From IMG/VR virus record IMGVR_UViG_3300036719_006047, positions 32,001 to 96,000 of that record: a stretch of 64,000 bases of DNA; one strand, written 5' to 3'. The stretch is from a virus. Of this stretch, positions 45,934-56,014 are shown piece by piece. Under the pieces are notes generated by a model. It was given only the letters and a program-made list of their open reading frames with translations, was not told the origin of the DNA and searched no databases. Every line of letters starts with the position of its first letter. Positions within the stretch are counted from its first letter, which is position 1. The position numbers and the translations under genes are program-made.

Positions 45934-46728
45934 ATGGCGTACAAGAAATCTGGTCCTCCTGAGTGGGTTCTTGCGGCTCGCCCCCTTCTCGGGACGATGC
46001 GGGACCCCGAGCTCGCCCGAATGCTCGGCGTCAACAAGGGCACGCTTCGCGCCCTCCGTCTGCGCGAAGGCATTGCGATGAGTCCGGACATTCCGAGAAT
46101 CAAGCGAAGGAAGCCTGATGCCGAGGCTATGGCTTACGCAGACGAGAAGCATCCCGGAATCCTGGAGAAAGTAGGTCTTTTGTCGGACACTGACATCGCA
46201 AAGGAATACGGAATCTCGAGAGCACGGGTCCGAAACATCAGAAACCGGACCAACAAGAAGTCACCGGCCTCAAACGTCTTTTTCCCGAATCGCTTGGATC
46301 TGCCCCAAAGCGAAGTCGACAGGATCGGCAAAGAGCCTGACGCGAAGCTGGCGAAAGAGTGGGGCGTCTCCGCTTCTTCCGTCTGCAGATGGAGAAAACT
46401 CAACAGAATTGAGACCTTCGAGAACAACGATGCGTGGCTGAAGATTGCAGCAGCCCACGATCGCGTGGGGCAGGTGTCTGATCTCAAGCTGTCGTTGGAG
46501 TTGCAGGTTTCGCCACACACTATCATGAAGTACCGCAAAAAGCACAACATCAAGCCTGTGCGTGCTTCGCCTGCTTCAGAACACTTCGTGATTGTCGATA
46601 AGGACGAACTGAAGAGGCTGATCGACGAAGGAAAGAGTATCAAAGAGATCGCAACGCACTTCAACAGAAGCCCCGCTTGCATTCACGCCCACAAGAAGAG
46701 CTTGGGCCTTACCCGGAAAAAACCATGA
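45934..46728 (+). CDS. multi-HTH DNA-binding protein (about 5 HTH repeats)
   Basis: DPELARMLGV, DTDIAKEYGISRARV, DAKLAKEWGVSASSV, DLKLSLELQVS, IKEIATHFNRS. Confidence 0.8.
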   Translation: MAYKKSGPPEWVLAARPLLGTMRDPELARMLGVNKGTLRALRLREGIAMSPDIPRIKRRKPDAEAMAYADEKHPGILEKVGLLSDTDIAKEYGISRARVRNIRNRTNKKSPASNVFFPNRLDLPQSEVDRIGKEPDAKLAKEWGVSASSVCRWRKLNRIETFENNDAWLKIAAAHDRVGQVSDLKLSLELQVSPHTIMKYRKKHNIKPVRASPASEHFVIVDKDELKRLIDEGKSIKEIATHFNRSPACIHAHKKSLGLTRKKP

Positions 46729-47081
46729 ACAACGACACAAATCTTATGCGCGTCTGCAATGTCATTCGGCTGCTTCTCAACTTGGCCGATGACATCGAGA
46801 AATACTCTTTGCCCCCTGAGGGTATCAAAGCGAACGCCGCGAGCCTCCGTCATGTTATCATGCACTGGTGCGGAGAGTGCAAAGAGCTGAACTTCGTCAG
46901 AATCATGGAAATCTTCTTGTCGGAAGATGCTCGTGTAGTAGAGACCCCGATGCTGTTGGCGGCTGCCATTGCGCGCTACGGAGGCTACATGGAGAGATCG
47001 GGCAACTTCAACGACAAACTCGAAAAAGTGATTGCGCAGACCTTGTGGAACCTCACTGTTATCACGGAAGGAACACAATGA
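46725..47081 (+). CDS. hypothetical protein
   Basis: ATGA coupling. Confidence 0.7.
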   Translation: MNNDTNLMRVCNVIRLLLNLADDIEKYSLPPEGIKANAASLRHVIMHWCGECKELNFVRIMEIFLSEDARVVETPMLLAAAIARYGGYMERSGNFNDKLEKVIAQTLWNLTVITEGTQ

Positions 47082-47311
47082 GCCCGTCAGAGAGAGCAGC
47101 CCGGAACTTCACCCGGACGCGAGGCAAAGCTGCCTTTAGACTGTTCATACAGATGCTCTGCGAGAAGCAGAGTGGCACGGACATCGGGAAGCAGTTCGGC
47201 GTCTCCCGAGAACGCGTCAGACAGTGGAAAGAGATTTTCGGGACTACGATTTCGATCTACCAACCTCACGCAGAAGTGATGCGTGTTATCGGAGGCGGCA
47301 ATGGACATTGA
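47078..47311 (+). CDS. small HTH protein (sigma region-4-like)
   Basis: TDIGKQFGVSRERVRQW. Confidence 0.7.
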   Translation: MSPSERAARNFTRTRGKAAFRLFIQMLCEKQSGTDIGKQFGVSRERVRQWKEIFGTTISIYQPHAEVMRVIGGGNGH

Positions 47312-47648
47312 CGAGATCAAGAAGAACTTCATCGAGATGAAAGAGAGACGAGATGAGCAAGAGCTGCGGCTTCAGCAAGGTCGCGACACCTTGTGGCTCG
47401 CCAACAAGATCCGCGAAATCCAGCACAATTCTCGCGCCAACGCGCAAGACATGATCGCGCTGGTCGAGGGTGATTCTCCTGATGAGTGCCGCCGCAGGCT
47501 CAAGCTTCTTGCGGAAGAGCTTCGCCTCGATCTCAGCAAGGGCGCGAACCTCAAGGTCCAAGAGATCCCACTGCACGCGAGACGCAGCCACTCTCCGAGC
47601 CCGTTCCTGATCCAATGCAGCCTCGAAGACTTTATTGCGATGTTCTGA
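47301..47648 (+). CDS. hypothetical protein
   Basis: GGAGG SD, ATG at 47301. Confidence 0.7.
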   Translation: MDIDEIKKNFIEMKERRDEQELRLQQGRDTLWLANKIREIQHNSRANAQDMIALVEGDSPDECRRRLKLLAEELRLDLSKGANLKVQEIPLHARRSHSPSPFLIQCSLEDFIAMF

Positions 47649-47675
47649 GTCCTGAGTACAGTACGAGAGGTAAAC

Positions 47676-47948
47676 ATGTTGAACGCGATTAGCCTGAACG
47701 AAGTGTTTTTCCACGCAACCCGGCTGGGGCTTAGCTTGTTTGACATCGTCGAAGACGCGGAAGAGCAGACGATTACTGCTGTCTTTCGCGGCAACGAGAG
47801 AATGGCGTTGGTTACGGTGTTCTTAGACGGGGAAGTTATCGTTAGCTGGAAAGCGGAAAAGCCCGTCTTTGTCGAGATACAGCCCGGAAGAACAGCGGCT
47901 CTCGACGCTGCTACCCGAGTACAGTCCTACCTTGCCACAGGAGAGTGA
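47676..47948 (+). CDS. hypothetical protein
   Basis: GAGG SD. Confidence 0.7.
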   Translation: MLNAISLNEVFFHATRLGLSLFDIVEDAEEQTITAVFRGNERMALVTVFLDGEVIVSWKAEKPVFVEIQPGRTAALDAATRVQSYLATGE

Positions 47949-47949
47949 C

Positions 47950-49107
47950 ATGAACAAATTCGTTTTGCGCTGCTGGTTGTCGCGGTTGTCTTCCTTGAGG
48001 GACATCAACAAGGAGATCAGCTACTTGAGCCACGCGAAAGGCTGGGGAAGAGTTATTGCTTTTCCGGGTGCATTCTTCAGCATCGCTGATGTCCTTGCGG
48101 ACATCGACCACAGTGGGCCGCTCACTTCTCTGTACGACAAGGGGTGGAAGGATTCACCTTGGTCCTGCATTGGAAACGACTGGGTCGCGAGTTTGATCGC
48201 GGCGGATCGAAGCCTCTCTTGCATGAAGTTGCGTGTACCTAGCGGAGACAAGACCGACTACTACCCCGACCTTGGTATTGTCGTGGTTCATGAGTCAAAC
48301 AACACAGCGTCTATTGTGGTCTCGCCCGACACAAGCGCTTTCCGCTCTTGGCTGAATGTGCGCCTCGCAGACAAGGCCCACGCGGCCCAGCAGATCATCC
48401 GGTTGCAGAAAGTCTCTGTTGTTTCCAGCTCCTCGTGGCGAGGGAGCAGCGAGATCACGAAGTGGGGCTTTCGCTCGGATGCTGCCGAAAAGAAAGAGCT
48501 TGTGCGAGGGACGTGGGCTCCGAGTGTAGAAAACATCGCAGCCACCCTGAAGCCCGGAAACTCCATCCTGTTGTTCGGTCCCTCGGGCTGCGGCAAGACT
48601 GAGACCGCCATTCAGGCGGCACTTCACAACGGGGCGTCTCGAGTTCTCGTCATTCCCGGTGGCGTCGTGGGGTCTGAGCTGTACGGCTCCTCTCTCGCAA
48701 GCCTCATGGACCTGCTGGGCGCCTCGGTCCTCGTCATTGATGATCTGGCGGGGGACGCCACTGTCGCGATGCTTGATCACTTCGAGATGCTCAAGAACAA
48801 CAACTTTAGCGTCATCGTCACCCTCATGACTGACAACGGCCCTGTGAGACTTCCCGGCTTGCGTCCTGGGCGAATCGATCAGTTCTTCTCGTTCGATACG
48901 CCCACAACGGAAGACCGACTCAACTTGCTTCACTACTACGCTCCGAACGTCAACTTTGCCGGGAGCGACCAGCTCACGAGAAAGTTCACGCCAGCCTACT
49001 TGAAAGAGCTGGCCAAGAGAGCCGTGGCTTCGGGTGACACCGACAAGAAAGCCTGGGAATCTGCCGCAAGGTCGCTTCAGATTCAACTCGACATCGTCAA
49101 CCGATAG
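47950..49107 (+). CDS. AAA+ ATPase
   Basis: LLFGPSGCGKT, LVIDDL, RPGRID. Confidence 0.85.
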   Translation: MNKFVLRCWLSRLSSLRDINKEISYLSHAKGWGRVIAFPGAFFSIADVLADIDHSGPLTSLYDKGWKDSPWSCIGNDWVASLIAADRSLSCMKLRVPSGDKTDYYPDLGIVVVHESNNTASIVVSPDTSAFRSWLNVRLADKAHAAQQIIRLQKVSVVSSSSWRGSSEITKWGFRSDAAEKKELVRGTWAPSVENIAATLKPGNSILLFGPSGCGKTETAIQAALHNGASRVLVIPGGVVGSELYGSSLASLMDLLGASVLVIDDLAGDATVAMLDHFEMLKNNNFSVIVTLMTDNGPVRLPGLRPGRIDQFFSFDTPTTEDRLNLLHYYAPNVNFAGSDQLTRKFTPAYLKELAKRAVASGDTDKKAWESAARSLQIQLDIVNR

Positions 49108-49118
49108 AAGGAGCTGAC

Positions 49119-50114
49119 ATGAACACCGAGAAAGAAGAAGTCCGTCACGCTGACAAGACCTGGATCATGGTTCTCGACGATCTCGACGTCGAGGGGGCTC
49201 GCCAGAAGCTGATCGAGGCGGGCGTGGATGGCGACACTCTCGTCGTCGAGAAGGGTGACGAGTCTGATCTGTGGCAGAACCCCGACGTGGTGTTCCGCAC
49301 CTCGCACATGCGACTCAACGACTTCACGTACACCCGAGTCCCGGAAAACTCGATCACGCTGAAGATGCTTGTCGAGCAGATCGCAGACGGCCAAAAAGCC
49401 CAGAGTGCGTGGCTCGTCGCACGACAGAAGCTCAAGAGCTTGGACACCGTGGCCCAGTGCCGCCTTCCGATGTCGGCCCTTACGCACCCCGGCTTCCAGG
49501 TCTTCCTCTCGGAGTGCGCCCGAGGCCAGACGCAGATCATCCGCTACTCCACGGTGCAGTCGAGCTGGTCGAAGCACCGCTACAACACGGTGTCTCTCGT
49601 CGCCGACATCACCACGCGCAAGTTTGGCGATGATCGAGACGACGACTACAGCGAGGTGTCGGGGCAAGTCACTTTCGAGGTTCCCATCACCAAGGTGGTG
49701 ATCGGCCTGGGTGACAGGGTGACCAAGAACGTGACCCACGTCGTCGTGATGAACAAGCTTGAGGCCGGGATGCCGGATTCGCGCTGCTCCTTGCCGCAGG
49801 TCCCGCAGAATAGCTACAGCTTTCTGGCGACCCCTCGCAGCCATTTCGAGCGCAAGCTGCATTACGATCTTCGTCTCCTTCTCGGAATCGACGTGAATCC
49901 CGAAGAGTTGCCGTACTTCGTGCGATCCGAGACTCTTGTGCGAGACGGAACCAATCGTTACGTCTATCTCGTGAAGTTCATCGTCCGCAACGTTGGCTTC
50001 TCCCAGCAGAGGTCGAGCACGATCGAGACCGCTCAGATCCTGCCTCTGCAAGACGCAGTACTTCGGCTTCACCCCGAGGATGCGGGTTTGCTTTACGTGG
50101 CGTCCAACCTGTAA
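49119..50114 (+). CDS. hypothetical protein
   Basis: 331 aa, GGAG SD, coding-like codon bias. Confidence 0.85.
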   Translation: MNTEKEEVRHADKTWIMVLDDLDVEGARQKLIEAGVDGDTLVVEKGDESDLWQNPDVVFRTSHMRLNDFTYTRVPENSITLKMLVEQIADGQKAQSAWLVARQKLKSLDTVAQCRLPMSALTHPGFQVFLSECARGQTQIIRYSTVQSSWSKHRYNTVSLVADITTRKFGDDRDDDYSEVSGQVTFEVPITKVVIGLGDRVTKNVTHVVVMNKLEAGMPDSRCSLPQVPQNSYSFLATPRSHFERKLHYDLRLLLGIDVNPEELPYFVRSETLVRDGTNRYVYLVKFIVRNVGFSQQRSSTIETAQILPLQDAVLRLHPEDAGLLYVASNL

Positions 50115-50138
50115 CAGACAAGTCGAGAGGACGGGACA

Positions 50139-50819
50139 ATGAGAATTTGGCACATCTCTGATACGCACGGACTTCACGATCAGCTTGTTGTCCCTTCCGG
50201 CATCGACGTCGTCGTTCACAGCGGAGATGCGACCAACAGTCGTGCCAGCTGGGCAAACAAGAACGAGATGATTCGTTTCGTCGAGTGGTTTGCGCAGCTG
50301 GCCATCCCGCACAAGATCTTTGTGCCCGGCAATCACGACAGCTCGGTCGCGGAACGAGAGTACAAGGCCGAGCTGTTCGAGGAGTTTGGCATTCACCTTC
50401 TCGTCGATGAAGATGTCACACTCGATAGCATCAAGTTCTGGGGCTCTCCTTGGGTTCCTCGTTACGGCGACTGGGTATACATGGCAGACCGCAGCAGCTT
50501 CACGCGGCGGTGGTCTTTCATCCCAGACGACACCGATGTGCTCATCACACACGGCCCTCCGTTCGGCGTGCTTGACGCCACTTACGGAAGCACCAACAAG
50601 TTCGAGTTGACTGGTTGCCGGGCTCTGCAGAAAAGAGTTTTTGTGTTGCGGCCGAGATTGCACCTGTTCGGTCACATTCATTCGTGCGATGACATCAGAA
50701 ATTCGGGTACGCGAGTGCTGCCCGATGCAGGAGACACCGTATTTTCCAATGGCGCTTGCTGCGATGATGGTGTCTACGACAAACCAACGAGCAACGGCAA
50801 TGTGCTTGAGCTCAACTGA
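50139..50819 (+). CDS. calcineurin-like metallophosphoesterase
   Basis: SDTHG, HSGD, PGNHD, ITHGPP, FGHIH. Confidence 0.92.
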   Translation: MRIWHISDTHGLHDQLVVPSGIDVVVHSGDATNSRASWANKNEMIRFVEWFAQLAIPHKIFVPGNHDSSVAEREYKAELFEEFGIHLLVDEDVTLDSIKFWGSPWVPRYGDWVYMADRSSFTRRWSFIPDDTDVLITHGPPFGVLDATYGSTNKFELTGCRALQKRVFVLRPRLHLFGHIHSCDDIRNSGTRVLPDAGDTVFSNGACCDDGVYDKPTSNGNVLELN

Positions 50820-50868
50820 ACTACGTCAGCACCGTGGTTGACTACTCCAACAAACTCCTCCCGGAGAA

Positions 50869-51372
50869 ATGAAGATGTTCGCTTTCCTTCTCGCTTCCTC
50901 GATTGCTTCTGCTCAAGACAGGCCCTACGACTGCTTGGCGGGAGTGTGCCTCAACGATGTGGCTGTTTCTGTGCAAGACAGCACGGTCTCGATGGCAGGC
51001 CGAACCTGGCAGCGCAGCATTGAGGTCTGTCAGAACCGAGTGGCTTCCATCGCGCTGAACACGGGGTGGTACCAGCCTGGGATCAAGCTCGATGGTGTGC
51101 TCCCTGGGGTCTACACGCTCACGCAGGGTGACGCAGGGCCGGAAGCGATGGCTTTGCGCAGCAAGGTAGACGCAACGATTCGCGCTCAGGAGTGGCGCGA
51201 GGTGACTGTGCAGGGCCCGGCCACTGTCTACAGGTTTGCCGTCTCCGCTTTGGGCGGTACGCGTATTCTCGCCCTCGAGAGGCTGGAAGCGACGGCTCCT
51301 CACGTCTGGACCGTGACGCTGGGTTCGGCTCACCCCAACCGCACCGAGCTGTGCAAGACAGGAGGTCTGTGA
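50869..51372 (+). CDS. hypothetical exported protein
   Basis: Signal-like MKMFAFLLASSIASA. Confidence 0.7.
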   Translation: MKMFAFLLASSIASAQDRPYDCLAGVCLNDVAVSVQDSTVSMAGRTWQRSIEVCQNRVASIALNTGWYQPGIKLDGVLPGVYTLTQGDAGPEAMALRSKVDATIRAQEWREVTVQGPATVYRFAVSALGGTRILALERLEATAPHVWTVTLGSAHPNRTELCKTGGL

Positions 51373-51716
51373 TGGGAAGGCGCGCGTGTCGAACGTGCCC
51401 TTGGCGGAAGTCGGTGCCTCCGGGCGGCTTTCCTGGGGGCTGCGTGAACGAAAAAGAGCTGAAGCAGATGGCCTCGGGTGTGCCCGTCCTCAAAGTCATG
51501 CAGTGCCACAGCACACCTGATGGGAAAGACGCCAAAGTCTGCGTCGGCTTTGCGATCAAGATCGGGACAAAGAGCGTCGGCTTTCGCTTTGCGGCAAGCC
51601 AAGGTCTGATTGACGAGGTCGAAGACGACGGGGATCTCGTCGATAGCGTTCACGAGTTCATCCAGAAACACAACACGGGAAGGGGGTTGGTCTGCGACCC
51701 TTCTCGGAAAGAGTGA
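51372..51716 (+). CDS. Cys-rich protein (DUF6283-like)
   Basis: CRTCPWRK..MQCH..CVGF; TGATG coupling. Confidence 0.6.
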   Translation: MGRRACRTCPWRKSVPPGGFPGGCVNEKELKQMASGVPVLKVMQCHSTPDGKDAKVCVGFAIKIGTKSVGFRFAASQGLIDEVEDDGDLVDSVHEFIQKHNTGRGLVCDPSRKE

Positions 51717-51779
51717 CAAACGCGAATCGATGGCTTTCGTCACGAGTTCACTCTGTCGAAAAGAAGCCCAGGGAGGCTC

Positions 51780-52313
51780 ATGACACGGAAGGTACTTTTC
51801 TTGGACTTTGACGGTGTGCTCAACGACAACGCGTGGTTCGAGACAGAGGAGAGAAAGAACCTCGAACGCGAGTACAGGAGGCGGGACAAAGCTCTGCCTC
51901 CGACAGAGAGTGAGATCACGATGAAGCTGGGGCTGGCGGACATTCGACCCCAGTACGCGGCAAGAGTAAGGGAGATTGTCGATAGGACTGGTTGTGAGGT
52001 CATCGTCTGCTCTGCTTGGAGGTACACCTTTACAGCAGAACAGATCTGGTACTTGCTTCAGTCTCAAGGCATCCCCTGCAACGGAGTGGTTCAACAGACA
52101 AGAAGACGTAAGTTGTCGGATTTGCTCGACTACCGTGTTCCCGACATCAAAGCTGTGGTTTCCACCTTTGCAGGAAAGACGAACTGGTGTGTCTTGGACG
52201 ACAGCGTGAATGCCAGCGAAGTGGACGGAAGAGCAGTCACTCCTGTGGATGGCGTGACTCGAGACAACGTAGAAGAAGTGGTTCGGATCCTCAACAACAC
52301 TGACACCGAGTAG
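51780..52313 (+). CDS. HAD-family protein (HAD_SAK_2, RNA-repair type)
   Basis: LFLDFDGVLN, VCSAWR, VLDD. Confidence 0.85.
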   Translation: MTRKVLFLDFDGVLNDNAWFETEERKNLEREYRRRDKALPPTESEITMKLGLADIRPQYAARVREIVDRTGCEVIVCSAWRYTFTAEQIWYLLQSQGIPCNGVVQQTRRRKLSDLLDYRVPDIKAVVSTFAGKTNWCVLDDSVNASEVDGRAVTPVDGVTRDNVEEVVRILNNTDTE

Positions 52314-52324
52314 CGGAGAAACAA

Positions 52325-53617
52325 ATGACCCTGCGTCGTTACCTTGATGGTCGCATCACCCTCAACACCCTCAACTACCAGCCCTGGGAGCTGGAGCCCG
52401 GTCAGGTCTACACCTTCGAGAAGGACATGCAAGTCGGCTTGCACCTCGTCAAGAGCAAGGAGGGCTTGACCTTGCCCCCCAAGCTTTACGGCAACGTCGA
52501 AGCGCGCAGCCAGCGCGTGCTCAAGACGTTCGGCCTCCTGGGGCGCCTCGGTGTCGCGCTCTACGGGCTCAAGGGAAGCGGGAAGTCGCTGCTCGCGGCG
52601 CACATCCTCAAGTCGAGCAACCTGCCGATCATCAGCATGAACAAGCCGTTCTCGCCGTCCGAGTTCGGACCGTTCCTCGATTACGTCGGCCCGCACGCCG
52701 TGTTCTTCGATGAGTTCGGCAAGATATACAATGATGCGGACCTGCAAGCTCAGCTCTTGCCGTTCTTCGACTCCGCCCATGCGGCCAAGCGCCTGGTCGT
52801 GGTCACGGACAACACGGATCACGCGGTCTCGGATGCCAACCGCAACCGACCCGGTCGGTTCCACTACCTGTGGCGCTTCTCGGGACTCGAAGAGGCGTTC
52901 GTTCGGGACTACATCAACGACCACTTGACGGCGCCTGCCGAGTACCGCGAAGCCGTGCTGCAGCGGGCCGAAGACATGAGGTCTGAGCTGTCCTTCGACA
53001 TCCTGCGGGCCCTGGTGTGGGAGTGCAACAACTACCACACGGAGCTTTCGCCGGCTGACGTGCTGGCCCCGCTCAACGCCGAGGTCAAGCCGGTCTCGTA
53101 CGGCTGGTCAGTAAGCTTTGAGTGGAGTGAGCCCTTCGCTGCTGTCGGCTTTCTCTGCAACGCGTCGAAGTACGCCGAAAACGTGGAGGAGATCATCGAG
53201 TCGGCCGGCTTGTACTCGGTCACTGTCCTCGTCAAGCGCGAGCATCCCAAGAAGCCGTTTAACGCAGAAAGCGGAGAGGACGAGGATGAGGACATCGACG
53301 AGGACTACTCCAACAGCATGACGGACGAAGAGTTCGCTCAGACCAACTACTGGGATTCGACCAAGTTCCAGCGGTACAGCACCTCGTTCAACTTCCCGTC
53401 CTCGTTCTTGGTTCAGGAGACTGCCAAGAAGCTCCAGTACCGTTTCCCCATCGTGGTCAACGGTCGCCTGGATTTCGCGCTTCTGCGTGACCTCAACCTC
53501 TTCTCCTACCTCTCTGCGTCGCATCTGGTCAAGGAGTTCAGGAAGCACCAGAACTTGGAGCTGAGCCTCTTCCTCGAGCGGAAGAATCGCGAAGTCTTCC
53601 GGTCGTGGGCCATGTGA
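52325..53617 (+). CDS. AAA+ ATPase
   Basis: LYGLKGSGKS, VFFDEFGK, NRPGRF. Confidence 0.88.
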   Translation: MTLRRYLDGRITLNTLNYQPWELEPGQVYTFEKDMQVGLHLVKSKEGLTLPPKLYGNVEARSQRVLKTFGLLGRLGVALYGLKGSGKSLLAAHILKSSNLPIISMNKPFSPSEFGPFLDYVGPHAVFFDEFGKIYNDADLQAQLLPFFDSAHAAKRLVVVTDNTDHAVSDANRNRPGRFHYLWRFSGLEEAFVRDYINDHLTAPAEYREAVLQRAEDMRSELSFDILRALVWECNNYHTELSPADVLAPLNAEVKPVSYGWSVSFEWSEPFAAVGFLCNASKYAENVEEIIESAGLYSVTVLVKREHPKKPFNAESGEDEDEDIDEDYSNSMTDEEFAQTNYWDSTKFQRYSTSFNFPSSFLVQETAKKLQYRFPIVVNGRLDFALLRDLNLFSYLSASHLVKEFRKHQNLELSLFLERKNREVFRSWAM

Positions 53618-53652
53618 GGTAGCGCAAGCAGGGTGGGGTTAGGCCCTGTGCG

Positions 53653-53674
53653 GCTTCCGGCTTCGGCCGGGAGC
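53653..53674 (+). terminator. cUUCGg hairpin after the ATPase gene
   Basis: GCTTCCGGC-TTCG-GCCGGGAGC; U tract not adjacent. Confidence 0.45.
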
Positions 53675-53697
53675 GTCCCCGACGACAAACACTTTTC

Positions 53698-55785
53698 GTG
53701 CTTGCGAGGTATCAGTTGACCACAGCAAAAAGCTATACTCTCCCCACTCTCCCCGCTCGGTACCGCATCAAAGACGCACTCCTCGAGGCGAAGATTCGGA
53801 TCACTGACTGGAACGGCCACATGAAGCGCGGCTCGTACTGGTTAGAAGATTTCTGGAACGAGCCGCCAGAAGTGAGAGAGGAGAACTTGCTGACCTCGTC
53901 TTGGTTTTTTGGCGTGTCCGATGAAAAAGTCGACGAGCTGATCGAAGCGCTGAAAGGCGGTCCAGCTCTGACCGAGTTCGTGGAGATCGAGACCTCGTCA
54001 AATCGACTTCTTTGCCCTTTCTGCGACAAAAGACTCGATCTGGCCACAGACGGCCACATTCTTCGCGTTTCTGGTGCTCCTTGTCCCCTCCCAGAAGGGA
54101 TCGACCACTTCGACGTAGAGCTGAACATCCCTTCGGGGCGCATCGTCGTCAGTGATGACCTGAGAGAGTGGTACAAGTCGGACCACAAGGACGAAAACAT
54201 CAATCGCCTGAAAGGCCGCATCAATACGACTGCGGCCTACGCCGAAATCAACCTGGCTGTAGGGTGTATCGGGAACAGTGACCCGGGTCTTTACCGCAAA
54301 GGCGGGAAGATCACGATCGGCCTCAAAGGCTCTTCTCGGAAGGGAAAGAAAAACTTGATGCCGTCCGCCCCTTGGGGCAGGAAGATTGCTGAGATCAGAA
54401 CTCAGTTGTGGTGGTATTCACTGGCAGACCTCGATGACTTTACGGAGCGTCTGGCCTACTACACTCCGGACTTGTCGCTGAGCGACTGGGAAAAGGCATA
54501 CGGCAACAGCGTCATCAAGGTAAAGCCTGGTGTGTACCGCGTTCGCTGGTATGCCAACTTCCAGGATACCGACCAAGGCGAGCGAATGGCTGAAGTGGAA
54601 TGGATTCGGCCGGCTGACCCGAGAGTCGACCACTTGACTCGATACAAGAACACGAGGCTGACGGCTCTGGAGTGTTGCATCCAAAGTGTCTTGGACTGGC
54701 CGACGCTGTATCTGCCTCACAGGACCGAACACGGCAGATACGAAGACCGTCTTTCGTGGGAGGAACTGGACGAGAGCCAGCGTCTTTACTCTATCGCAAG
54801 GGCAGCAGATCACTTGATGTGTGTTCTTGGCGGTGGGGTCGAATGGCACGAAAACGGTCATGTTTTGACCCGTGTCAGTGCGGAAACAAAGAAGTTTGCC
54901 GCAGGAATCTCTGCGGACGGAATCGTGCCTCTCTTTGAAGAGGGTTACAACTGGTACCCTTTCAGCGAAGGCTACGGAGGGATGTGTCTCGGCGCTGGGT
55001 TGCAGAATCACTACAGACAAGTGCCTGAGATCAACCTGAACCCTACGTTTGCCCTGTTGTCGCTCAACATCGCGGCCAACTACTTGCGGTACCCGCCGAA
55101 GCCGCGGCTGAACGGAGAGGCCTGGCCGCCAGTTTTCCTTGTCAGCGAAGTTCGCGATCGGATGAAGCTGGCTCTGCGAGTGTACCGCGAGACGCGAAAG
55201 AGGTACGACGTCGGTCCCATGGACCCTGTGTTTGATGCTCTTGCAATGGATGCCGCGTATGACGACGTGATCGAACAGTGCGACCTGGGCCCAGACCACC
55301 CGCCCGAAGACCAGTGGGGTGATCCTCCTGGCATCCTTGAGTTCGAGAAGTTCAAGTTCGTCGAGTTCGACGCGAGCCTCAGCCAGAGCAAAGACGGATA
55401 CTGCTGGCACCCAAAGAACCCGGGCTGCTCCGGCTGCTGGGCTCGTCCCGAAGACGCTCAAAGGTATGCGATCAATTCAAATCAAAGAGAGGAGGGTTTC
55501 TACTCCAACGCGGGTAGGTCAGTACCGCTAAAGTTCGTCGCCAGAGTGGTCAAGATCGTTCCCACCCATATGGGCCCTGTTCTTGAGGTCAGTTTCGATT
55601 ACGGCGACGACAAGATGCACGGACCGAGTGCTTGCCGTTGGGCAATCGCGAAAAAACAAGCTGATGCCGTTAGAGGTTTCAACGACGAGGAAGAATACGA
55701 AAAACTTCTCGCTCCGATGAAGAAGGTCTTCGATGACATGGAACAGCTGATCGAGACCAAGAAAAAGCAGATTTTCGGGGGATGA
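53698..55785 (+). CDS. large hypothetical protein (695 aa)
   Basis: Long ORF, no recognised motif; start uncertain. Confidence 0.85.
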   Translation: MLARYQLTTAKSYTLPTLPARYRIKDALLEAKIRITDWNGHMKRGSYWLEDFWNEPPEVREENLLTSSWFFGVSDEKVDELIEALKGGPALTEFVEIETSSNRLLCPFCDKRLDLATDGHILRVSGAPCPLPEGIDHFDVELNIPSGRIVVSDDLREWYKSDHKDENINRLKGRINTTAAYAEINLAVGCIGNSDPGLYRKGGKITIGLKGSSRKGKKNLMPSAPWGRKIAEIRTQLWWYSLADLDDFTERLAYYTPDLSLSDWEKAYGNSVIKVKPGVYRVRWYANFQDTDQGERMAEVEWIRPADPRVDHLTRYKNTRLTALECCIQSVLDWPTLYLPHRTEHGRYEDRLSWEELDESQRLYSIARAADHLMCVLGGGVEWHENGHVLTRVSAETKKFAAGISADGIVPLFEEGYNWYPFSEGYGGMCLGAGLQNHYRQVPEINLNPTFALLSLNIAANYLRYPPKPRLNGEAWPPVFLVSEVRDRMKLALRVYRETRKRYDVGPMDPVFDALAMDAAYDDVIEQCDLGPDHPPEDQWGDPPGILEFEKFKFVEFDASLSQSKDGYCWHPKNPGCSGCWARPEDAQRYAINSNQREEGFYSNAGRSVPLKFVARVVKIVPTHMGPVLEVSFDYGDDKMHGPSACRWAIAKKQADAVRGFNDEEEYEKLLAPMKKVFDDMEQLIETKKKQIFGG

Positions 55786-55823
55786 ATGCTTCTCCCTCAA
55801 CTCAACGCCACAAGGAGTGAACT

Positions 55824-56006
55824 GTGATCGAATTCTTTGTTCACCTCATCTGCGCCGTAGCCTTGAGCGGCATCGTCTACCAGTTGATCCGTTTCGCATA
55901 CTTCACTTGGCTGCTGTACAAGATAGAAAATCGACTTCACTTTCTGGAAACAGAAAGCCAGAAGCTCAGAAAGCGCCAGTGGGATGAACAACAACGCCAG
56001 GAATAG
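55824..56006 (+). CDS. small membrane protein
   Basis: AGGAG SD; N-terminal TM. Confidence 0.6.
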   Translation: MIEFFVHLICAVALSGIVYQLIRFAYFTWLLYKIENRLHFLETESQKLRKRQWDEQQRQE

Positions 56007-56014
56007 GAGGCGAC

